From a virus (lineage: Duplodnaviria; Caudoviricetes): a DNA stretch of 24,955 bases. The stretch is from positions 1 to 24,955 of the IMG/VR virus record IMGVR_UViG_3300033067_000776. One strand, written 5' to 3'. Position 1 is the stretch's first letter. Every line of letters begins with the position of its first letter. The notes beneath the pieces were generated by a model. The model saw only the letters and a program-made list of their open reading frames with translations. It had not been told where the DNA came from and did not search any database. Made by a program: the position numbers and the translations under genes. Of this stretch, positions 16,569 to 24,393 are shown in pieces.

Positions 16569-19500
16569 TGCCTGAATTAACCCCACAACAAAAAGCACAA
16601 TTAGATAGCAATATCAGGGCTATGCTTAGTAAGGGAGCAAGTCAGGATGATGTTATTGCCTACTCAAAAGATTTCAGAAATAAATACGATGTTGCAATCG
16701 TTGAGCCATCAGTAAAAAAAAAAGTTGGCATATTCGCCTCTGGGGCAAAATTACGGACTTCTTCTCCCGCTACCAGTTCCCTCTTAAATGGAGGGGGTGG
16801 AGAAGGGGGTGAGACAGTTCAAAGAGGCATTGTTTCAAAATCTTTAGGAATAGACAAGTCTCCTGAATATGATATTGCAGATTTGAATGAACTTCTTTCT
16901 AAAAGAGAAAAACTTAATAAGTCTCCCATACCTGAATATGTTTCAAAAAATGTAGAAGGGGATTTTTTGGGAACAACAAAAAGAGTAAAAGAAAAAAATC
17001 CACAGTACGATAGCTATAAGTCTGAATTAGCTGACATTAATTCTCAAATAGAAGATAAGACCATGAAATCTTCTAAGCATCTTGGACTTGACCCTGACAT
17101 TGCTAATAAAGTAATACAGGACTTTCCAAATGAAACTAATCTTAATAATTTAAAACAAAGAGCATCTCTTATTAATGAAAATCCAATTCAGTACGAAAGG
17201 ATTTCAGCAGCCCACCAAAATCAGCAAAAGATAGCAGAGGTAGCAGGAAACCATGTAGCTAATCAGTACAATGATTTAAACCAGCATGGTGGTACTTACA
17301 TTGGCTTGGTTCAAAACCTGCCAGAGCAGATTGATATTATTAATCAAAACCTGACAGGTAAAGACAGAGACAGGGCTATTGAGAACCTTCGCATATCAAG
17401 CGGACATAATCTTAATGCTACCGTTCCTGATATACAATATGAGTATGAACATTCAGGACTGAAAGAAAAAGGAATAGATGCTGACCAATATGCGGGGTTG
17501 CTTACACTGAAATATTTTAGTCCTAAAAAATATGAGCAAGCAGTTAAGTTTATTAATCAGGGGGTTGAAAAATTATACGAACACTCAATAGATTTTCAGG
17601 GCGGCGGCATGGCTCCAGGTGGATTAGGCGCTTCACATACTTACGAAAATACAGACCCGACAGGGGGTAGGTTATCTCAAAAAACAATTTCAGAACAAAC
17701 ACAACAGGAACAAACCTTGCATGAATTACTTTCTATTGGAAGGAATAACGCTAAAGATTACCTGATAGAACACAACAACTCCTTAAACAAACAATATTCA
17801 GAAGCAACAACACAGGAGCAGCAAGATGCTATTGCAGCAAAGTCATTGCAGAATGTTATGGCGTTAAAATCAATAGCACAAAATGAACAGCATGATGCAG
17901 AAAGATTTCCACTCCAACATAAGATGCAGTTGGAGCAAATGGCCAAAGAATTAACACAGGAAAAGGGAGAGAATGTTATTAATTACTTTTTTAGAAAACT
18001 TGCCGAGGGTGCAGATGCTCCAAGAAAATCATTTGAAAACTTTGCAACAGCAACATTTGGAGGACGTAAATCCAATACAGAACTTCAAAGAAGGAGAGGA
18101 GGGGAATCTATTATAGAACAACAGGATGAAATATTGCCATCTTCATACGGTGCAAACACAATGCAGAGTTTACCTGTTTTTTCTAAAGACACAAAGGAAG
18201 CAGTTCAAAAAATAAAGGAAGACAAGTCCTTATCCTCTTTTGAGAAGAAAGAAAAGATACAGGATTTAGCAGATGATGTTATTAAAAACAATAAAGTTGA
18301 CTGGGTAACGAATCCTGAATTTGGAAAAACAAAGAACCTTTTCAGTCTGGCTACTCTTTACGGCAATGCAAATATGTTAGCTGGATTATCAGAACTTGCG
18401 CTTGAAACAGTAGGGCTTAAAGGTTTGGGGGCTGGTAAGTTTTTAAGTGCAGGACTTCCAATGTATGTAATGGAAGAACAAAATCAGTATAAGGAAGCGG
18501 TAAGTAAGGGGCTTTCAAATCCAGAAGAATATGCCGTTGCAAATGCACTACCCATGTTTTTACTTGCATCCGGTGTATCTCAATTAGATGTTGCAAAAAG
18601 AGCATTGGGTGGTACAGAGGCGGCAAAGGTTTTGGAGAACATGACTGAAACAGAGTGGGCTAATATAGCCAGTAAAAATTCAAGAAGGATAAGTGCTATA
18701 AAAAATTCGTTAGGCAAGACATTACATTCATCCTCGGACTTATTGTTAAGGTTTGGAGTTGCGCCCCAAGTTGCACAGGCATTTATCAAGCAAGGTATGT
18801 TTGATGATAGCAGGACGGTAGGTGATGCTATTGATGAATCGGTAAAAAATCTCGGTAACTCTATAATAGATGCAGGTGGATTACTGTTATTGACAGGTGT
18901 AAAAAATTATAAAGAAGTTTCTCCAACACTAAAGGCTTCTATCTGGAATATATCCCAACACCCTGAATTATCAGTTAAAGAAATAATAGATCAGGTTGAG
19001 CAAAAACAAATAACACAGGAGGTTGCTGATAGCAGGATAAAAACGATAAAACAGATTGAAGGGATAATAAATGAAATCCCAACACACAATAAAAAGAACC
19101 AGCTTTTAACGGACAGGCAGCGAATGGATTTATTGGTAACTAAGTTACTTAAAGACGGAGGGGATAAAAAAGCTGAAAATGAAATCTTATCAAAAAAACA
19201 AGATGAAGTAGTTCCTGAAAAACCAGATGAATTAAAAGAGATAGCCGACCAAGCCTTAAATAAAGTGCCGACAGAAGGCATTACAGATGAAATGAATCTG
19301 CAAGCGGCTATTAAAACTTATGGTAAGGATAAAGTAAAAGAAGCTATTGAAGCAAGCCTTCCATTGGAATTAAAAAAGAATGAAGATGAATTAGCTTCAA
19401 TCGAAAATCCAAAGCAGGGAGATATTGACTTCCATAATGAGCAAGCACAGGAAATAAAATCAAAACATGAAGCTGCTTTAAAAGAACTGGCAGATGAAAA

Positions 19501-20524
19501 TACACCGGATGAAGTAGCATCAGGGGTATCTGGTAGTGCATTGAAAGATGTGGATTTAGTAAAAGATAATGGTAAAAAAATAATATCAAAGGCTTTAGGG
19601 GAAAATGGAAATGATGCTTCTGATTTTAAGAATACTAAAGTAGTTGATGATAATGGCAAGCCAAAGCAAGTATTTCATGGCACTTGGGCGGATGCGCCTT
19701 TTGAGGATTTTAAAGAAGGGGATACTTATTTCACAGATAACTACGATACGGCTAAAATGTTTGGCAGCAATAGAGAAGGCGGGGTTGATACAGAGAATAT
19801 GGATATGCAGGGCAAGCCATTTGTAATGGAAGTTACAGATACGAAGGGGAAGAAGCATAAAATGGTTATTGCCAATACCGACATGGCTTCTATTTTTTCA
19901 GATTTACAATACGATGTATCACCTGTTGGAGAGTGGGGTAAAGAAGACTTAAATGCTTTTGATGCAAGCTCAATAGAACACCACTTCGGTATCCCTGAAA
20001 ATAAAATAAAATCGTTTAAGATAGAGGAAAGGCAAGTTGGTAAAAATGTTGATGATTTTGGTGTATCAAGACATTATATAAATTTAGAAAACCCTTTGAT
20101 AATAGATGCTAAAGGCGACATTTGGAATGGTTCAAAAGGCGGTGATATTCAGGGTAAAATAAACGAAGCAAGGGAAAGCGGAAAACATGATGGAGTTATA
20201 GTTAAAAATATAGTTGAAGGCGGTTTAGGCAATCCAGACACAAAGCCCACCACTACCTATGTTGTATTCAACAAAAATCCCAAAGCCCCCACCCAATACA
20301 CAGAAGCAGCAACACCAAAAGAGCAAGCCCAAAAAATAGCAGACCTAACAGAGAAAAGAGATAGGGATATAGCAGTAGCGAGTAAGCCGGAAATTAAGAT
20401 GGAATTTGTGCCAGCAAAAGATTTAGTGGATAGCAAAGACCCCGTAAATAACAAGAATTTACACAACGATATAAAAGACCGATTTAAAAAATTAAAAGAA
20501 ATCTTAGATTGCTTACATGGCTAA
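16568..20524 (+). CDS. Large internal virion/ejection protein with C-terminal ART-PolyVal-like ADP-ribosyltransferase domain
   Basis: 1318 aa; hydrophobic Gly/Ala helices at about 18340-18900; residues ~1019-1235 KVVDDNGKPKQVFHGT...YFTDN...A...YINLENP...HDGVIVKNIVE...YVVFN. Confidence 0.7.
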   Translation: MPELTPQQKAQLDSNIRAMLSKGASQDDVIAYSKDFRNKYDVAIVEPSVKKKVGIFASGAKLRTSSPATSSLLNGGGGEGGETVQRGIVSKSLGIDKSPEYDIADLNELLSKREKLNKSPIPEYVSKNVEGDFLGTTKRVKEKNPQYDSYKSELADINSQIEDKTMKSSKHLGLDPDIANKVIQDFPNETNLNNLKQRASLINENPIQYERISAAHQNQQKIAEVAGNHVANQYNDLNQHGGTYIGLVQNLPEQIDIINQNLTGKDRDRAIENLRISSGHNLNATVPDIQYEYEHSGLKEKGIDADQYAGLLTLKYFSPKKYEQAVKFINQGVEKLYEHSIDFQGGGMAPGGLGASHTYENTDPTGGRLSQKTISEQTQQEQTLHELLSIGRNNAKDYLIEHNNSLNKQYSEATTQEQQDAIAAKSLQNVMALKSIAQNEQHDAERFPLQHKMQLEQMAKELTQEKGENVINYFFRKLAEGADAPRKSFENFATATFGGRKSNTELQRRRGGESIIEQQDEILPSSYGANTMQSLPVFSKDTKEAVQKIKEDKSLSSFEKKEKIQDLADDVIKNNKVDWVTNPEFGKTKNLFSLATLYGNANMLAGLSELALETVGLKGLGAGKFLSAGLPMYVMEEQNQYKEAVSKGLSNPEEYAVANALPMFLLASGVSQLDVAKRALGGTEAAKVLENMTETEWANIASKNSRRISAIKNSLGKTLHSSSDLLLRFGVAPQVAQAFIKQGMFDDSRTVGDAIDESVKNLGNSIIDAGGLLLLTGVKNYKEVSPTLKASIWNISQHPELSVKEIIDQVEQKQITQEVADSRIKTIKQIEGIINEIPTHNKKNQLLTDRQRMDLLVTKLLKDGGDKKAENEILSKKQDEVVPEKPDELKEIADQALNKVPTEGITDEMNLQAAIKTYGKDKVKEAIEASLPLELKKNEDELASIENPKQGDIDFHNEQAQEIKSKHEAALKELADENTPDEVASGVSGSALKDVDLVKDNGKKIISKALGENGNDASDFKNTKVVDDNGKPKQVFHGTWADAPFEDFKEGDTYFTDNYDTAKMFGSNREGGVDTENMDMQGKPFVMEVTDTKGKKHKMVIANTDMASIFSDLQYDVSPVGEWGKEDLNAFDASSIEHHFGIPENKIKSFKIEERQVGKNVDDFGVSRHYINLENPLIIDAKGDIWNGSKGGDIQGKINEARESGKHDGVIVKNIVEGGLGNPDTKPTTTYVVFNKNPKAPTQYTEAATPKEQAQKIADLTEKRDRDIAVASKPEIKMEFVPAKDLVDSKDPVNNKNLHNDIKDRFKKLKEILDCLHG
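16714..16812 (+). other. A10 slippery site and -1 frame extension (candidate programmed frameshift or transcriptional slippage)
   Basis: GTA AAA AAA AAA GTT (A10 at 16714-16723); -1 frame reads SWHIRLWGKITDFFSRYQFPLKWRGWRRG then TGA at 16810-16812. Confidence 0.55.
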
Positions 20525-20933
20525 AGAAAAAGACGATATTGAATTTGAAGAATTGCTTGCTGAAAAAAGGCATAAGGAGCTTGCAGGTAAATTGTCAGGA
20601 ATTGCTACGGCATTAAATAAGCCAGAAAAAGAAGATAAAGCAGTAGCCGATGCCATAAAAGAAAGTGCCAGAGCCTCCCAAGCGGTGGCAGATGCTATTA
20701 AGAACATTCCACAGCCAAAAACACCTGATGTAAAAGTTCAAATATCACAGCAGGAAATAGTAACTTCGTTGGAGGGTATTTGCAAGAGAATAGAGGATAG
20801 CAACAAGGCAGTAGTTGAAGCGATGGGAAAGAAACTTTATGTGGACAAATTCAAAATAAGAAACATGGGTGGTGGAACACATGAAGCAGATGTATTTTAC
20901 AAACCATTGAAAGAAGTAATCATTAAAAAATAA
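20517..20933 (+). CDS. Hypothetical phage protein
   Basis: 138 aa, charged and helical with AVADAIK repeated twice; overlaps the cargo gene stop. Confidence 0.7.
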   Translation: MAKEKDDIEFEELLAEKRHKELAGKLSGIATALNKPEKEDKAVADAIKESARASQAVADAIKNIPQPKTPDVKVQISQQEIVTSLEGICKRIEDSNKAVVEAMGKKLYVDKFKIRNMGGGTHEADVFYKPLKEVIIKK

Positions 20934-20938
20934 ATATT

Positions 20939-21349
20939 ATGCCAAAAGGTACAACCACAGCAAACGACACAATTAATGCCATACTAAGGGCGGTTGACCC
21001 TGCATGGCGAAGTGGGGCAACGAGATACGTTTCCCTGCATACAGCAACGCCGGGTGCAGCAGGAGACCAAACAACCAATGAAGCAACATTTGGTGCTTAT
21101 GCAAGAGTAGCCGTTACTGCCGCCACCGGGTTTTCAGCAGCAGCAGCAGGGGCAACAGCAAATACGGGGCTTATACAGTTTCCTGAATGTACGTCAGGCT
21201 CTAATACGGTAACGTATGTTGCTATTGGTACTGCATCGAGTGGTGCAGGGCAGCTACTTTATTTTGGGGCTTTGACTTCAAGTAGAGATATTTCAACGGG
21301 TATTCAGGCTCAATTTGCTATTAGTTCATTAAGCGCAACTGAACAGTAG
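20939..21349 (+). CDS. Minor tail/tail-fibre-associated structural protein
   Basis: YVSLHTATPG...NEATFGAYARVAV...NTGLIQFP...AIGTASSGAGQLLYFGAL pattern of a widespread ~130-aa phage tail protein family. Confidence 0.65.
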   Translation: MPKGTTTANDTINAILRAVDPAWRSGATRYVSLHTATPGAAGDQTTNEATFGAYARVAVTAATGFSAAAAGATANTGLIQFPECTSGSNTVTYVAIGTASSGAGQLLYFGALTSSRDISTGIQAQFAISSLSATEQ

Positions 21350-21369
21350 GTAAACTAAGGTTTTATTGC

Positions 21370-21377
21370 TATCTTTG
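21370..21377 (+). promoter_or_regulatory. Bacteroidota -7 promoter element upstream of the HNH gene
   Basis: TATCTTTG is a perfect TAnnTTTG, 10 nt before ATG 21388 in a 38-nt intergenic gap; no clear -33 element. Confidence 0.6.
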
Positions 21378-21387
21378 AAAGAAAAAA

Positions 21388-22182
21388 ATGAGCCATAAAA
21401 TACAAAGCGAAGAATTAATGGAATTAGCGGTCTCTTTATATAAACAAGATGTTAGCGGAAATAATATTGCTAAAAAATTAGCCGTATCGCCTAATACAGT
21501 TTACAGGATGTTGCACAGTTCTGGTGTTTATGTAGCGGGTAGGACGGAAACTAAGCCTTGTAGAATTTTAGTAAAAGGAGATGTTGCTAATAATATTATA
21601 TCGGATTACGAGAATGGGATGGGGTGGAAGGATTTAGAGAAAAAATATGGGTACAAGCAATACTCTATGAGAGAAGCAGTAAGGAGAAGTGGTACTAAGA
21701 TTAAAGACCACGGGGCGCAAAGGCGAAGAGTTTATAAAAACGAGGAAAAAGAAATAGTAAGATTGTATTGCGAACAGAAATTTAGCCAAGTACAGATTGC
21801 AGCTAAATTAAAAATGGCTCAAACTGTTGTAAGTAGGGTTTTAATAAGTAATGGCGTTTCTACAAACGTAGGTAAAAGGTTAGACCAGCATCATAGTTGG
21901 AAAGGGGGCTTATCTAAAAATGAAGATGGGTATATTTTAATTAGGGACAATTATTTCCCAGAAATGTTGAATAGAAGTGGTTATGTATTAAAACATAGAA
22001 TTGAAATGGCTAAATACTTAAATAGACCTTTAACAAAAAACGAATCAGTGCATCATATTGACGGGGATAAAAATAATAACGACATTAGTAATCTTCAATT
22101 AAGAATAGGCAAGCATGGTGTTGGTGTAACGTATTGTTGTCAAGAGTGTGGTTCTAAAAAATTAAAACCAATGGAATTATAA
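21388..22182 (+). CDS. Free-standing HNH homing endonuclease with three N-terminal HTH repeats
   Basis: WKGG...DGYILI...GYVLKHR...VHHIDGDKNNNDISNLQL; three Y..G.S...IA.KL.....V.R.L...GV-like repeats; C-terminal CQECG. Confidence 0.88.
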   Translation: MSHKIQSEELMELAVSLYKQDVSGNNIAKKLAVSPNTVYRMLHSSGVYVAGRTETKPCRILVKGDVANNIISDYENGMGWKDLEKKYGYKQYSMREAVRRSGTKIKDHGAQRRRVYKNEEKEIVRLYCEQKFSQVQIAAKLKMAQTVVSRVLISNGVSTNVGKRLDQHHSWKGGLSKNEDGYILIRDNYFPEMLNRSGYVLKHRIEMAKYLNRPLTKNESVHHIDGDKNNNDISNLQLRIGKHGVGVTYCCQECGSKKLKPMEL

Positions 22183-22337
22183 TGGAACATCCAAAATACT
22201 CATGTAGCAAATGCGGGATGGCTGTTATAGTTATTCCCGATGAAAAGCCGATAAAGGCGTGCAAGTGTGAAAATGCTACGGTGGTAGCTAACATGGAAGC
22301 AACAGTAATAAGATGTACGGGTGGAATAAAAGCATAA
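22182..22337 (+). CDS. Small Cys-rich protein (51 aa, not in the ORF track)
   Basis: ATG overlaps the HNH stop (TAATG); MEHPKYSCSKCGMAVIVIPDEKPIKACKCENATVVANMEATVIRCTGGIKA; stop is 1 nt before the next ATG. Confidence 0.75.
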   Translation: MEHPKYSCSKCGMAVIVIPDEKPIKACKCENATVVANMEATVIRCTGGIKA

Positions 22338-22338
22338 A

Positions 22339-23199
22339 ATGGCAGGATTTAAAACCATAGGAGAAGTTGTTAATGCTGAATTGAACGGCAATGTAAGAAA
22401 TTACATTTGGCGAAAAACCCCTTCGCAAACAACTGTTACAGGCTTATGGTTTGATACTTCCATGTCTCCCGGTATGCCGCCACCGCAATATTACATTGGA
22501 GCAATTACCACAGCTACACAGTTAAAGCAATCAACAGACGGAGGTTTGTATCATGGCCCAAATGTTTCTCCTTCTGAAAAGTTTTTGAGAGGGATGACTA
22601 CAATGGCTAATGCAGTAACGGCATTACCAATGAATACTATCCTTTGCGACTATCTTTTGTTTTATCCTTTCATAGATGAAGGAACAACAGATGCACAAAC
22701 AATGACCAATGTAAATACCCTACCAAGATATACAGACGGCAAAGGGGTTCAGGTAATGGCAATACAAACAAATGCCGGAACGGGTGGGCAGCAGTTCTTT
22801 TTTACATATACTAATTCAGATGGGGTTGGTGGAAGGATAAGCCAAACGGTAACGATGAATACCTCAACAGTAGTTGGGAATGTTTTAGGCAGCAATACAG
22901 CAACGGTAAACGCATCAAATCCATTTATAGGATTGCAATTAGGTGATAGTGGTGTAAGAAGTATCGAAAGTGTAACGATGCTCGGTATTGATACGGGGCT
23001 ATTTGCTTTGGTATTGGTAAAGCCATTGGCGCAACATTGTTTCAGAGAGGTAACAGTACCTTATGAAAAAGATTTTTTAGTCCCGACAACGGATTTAGTA
23101 AGAATATATGATGATGCCTTTTTGGGGATGCTTTGTTTGCCTTTGGGAACATTGGCGGCAACCGTTCTTCGTGGGGATATAAAAGTAATTTGGAATTAA
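22339..23199 (+). CDS. Putative tail/virion structural protein, paralogue A
   Basis: 286 aa, T/G-rich beta composition; LPRYTDGKGVQ, YTNS, LQLGDSG and RIYDDA shared with the next gene. Confidence 0.55.
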   Translation: MAGFKTIGEVVNAELNGNVRNYIWRKTPSQTTVTGLWFDTSMSPGMPPPQYYIGAITTATQLKQSTDGGLYHGPNVSPSEKFLRGMTTMANAVTALPMNTILCDYLLFYPFIDEGTTDAQTMTNVNTLPRYTDGKGVQVMAIQTNAGTGGQQFFFTYTNSDGVGGRISQTVTMNTSTVVGNVLGSNTATVNASNPFIGLQLGDSGVRSIESVTMLGIDTGLFALVLVKPLAQHCFREVTVPYEKDFLVPTTDLVRIYDDAFLGMLCLPLGTLAATVLRGDIKVIWN

Positions 23200-23217
23200 T
23201 AATTTAAAAAAAACACA

Positions 23218-24393
23218 ATGGCAGGCTTTTCAAGTAACGACCAAATAATAAATGCTCTTAGTTTAGGGCAAAAATGGGATACGTCCTTCGGTAAAAACTT
23301 TAACCCAACAGCAGCAGCAGTAGCTAACGAATGGCACATGATGGCAAGAGGGGCGGGTAATCCTGCCGCCGATGCTATATTTGATGCAGGTGCTAACCTT
23401 ACTTTTCAGGCAGTAGAAGATTCAACAGCAAGTGCAGGTTGTTTGCAACACGGGGGTAATGTACAGGCATCAAGTTTTTATAAGTTTCTGTTAAGCGGTC
23501 ATGTAGTTTCGGCAGCAGCAACGGTAGTTCCTTGTACAGTAGCCCTACTTGATGTGATAGGGTTTTATAGGGTTACTTCGGTAACCACCACCACTGCACA
23601 GGCAACTACTAATACATTGGGGCGTAGTGCAACATTTACAGCCGATGCAGGAACAGATTTAATGACTTACACAAGTGTAACAAGTTTACCAAGTAACATT
23701 TTAACAGGGACAAGGGTAAGGCTTACAACAACAACAACCTTACCTGCACCTTTAGCAACAGCAACCGATTACTATGTAATAAGAATGAGTGATGGAACTT
23801 TTGAGTTAGCCACCTCTTATGCCAATGCTATTGCAGGCACACAGATTGATATTACAACAACAGGAACAGGCACACATACGATAACATGGCTTTTACCAAG
23901 ATATACAAATGGTGCAGGGGTACAGGCTATATTTTTCAATCCTGCCGCAACAGCGATGGGTGCAGCTACACCAAACCTTTCATTAGGTTATACCAATTCA
24001 GCACAAGTAGCATCAAGGGCAACCCCAACAGTATTACCTATTGGTAAAACAGCAGCTTCAAATAGCCACATACTTTATACAGGTGCAACAGGTACAGGAA
24101 AGTATAATTACATGACGCCATTGCAGTCAGGGGATAGTGGTATTGCAGAAATAAACACTATTCAAAATTCAATATCTTATGTATCGGGAACTTATACCGT
24201 TGCATTGGTAAAAGAGATTGGACGTTTCCCGTTAAGTACATTGGGGTTAGCAAGTGAAAGGAACTTTTTATTTGAATATCCAAGTATGCCAAGAATTTAT
24301 GATGGGGCAGCTTTATACTTTGCTTTAGGTAGTGGTGTTGCGACACCTGCTTCAAGTGCGATTTCAGGGATGCTAACTTTTATTTATGGGTAA
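23218..24393 (+). CDS. Putative tail/virion structural protein, paralogue B with an inserted beta domain
   Basis: 391 aa; LPRYTNGAGVQ, YTNS, LQSGDSG, RIYDGA; extra ~85-aa insert TGTRVRL...LPAPLATATDYYVI...FELATS...IDITTTGTGTH. Confidence 0.55.
   Translation: MAGFSSNDQIINALSLGQKWDTSFGKNFNPTAAAVANEWHMMARGAGNPAADAIFDAGANLTFQAVEDSTASAGCLQHGGNVQASSFYKFLLSGHVVSAAATVVPCTVALLDVIGFYRVTSVTTTTAQATTNTLGRSATFTADAGTDLMTYTSVTSLPSNILTGTRVRLTTTTTLPAPLATATDYYVIRMSDGTFELATSYANAIAGTQIDITTTGTGTHTITWLLPRYTNGAGVQAIFFNPAATAMGAATPNLSLGYTNSAQVASRATPTVLPIGKTAASNSHILYTGATGTGKYNYMTPLQSGDSGIAEINTIQNSISYVSGTYTVALVKEIGRFPLSTLGLASERNFLFEYPSMPRIYDGAALYFALGSGVATPASSAISGMLTFIYG

Noticed and set aside
21350-22182. Group I intron around the HNH gene
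   Set aside because: Flanking genes are intact and there is no room for a ribozyme core
22170-22187. AATGGAA repeated at the HNH 3' junction, and similar CxxCG motifs in the HNH tail and the next gene
   Set aside because: Too short to indicate a target-site duplication; no copy at the 5' junction; C-terminal Cys motifs are common in such HNH proteins
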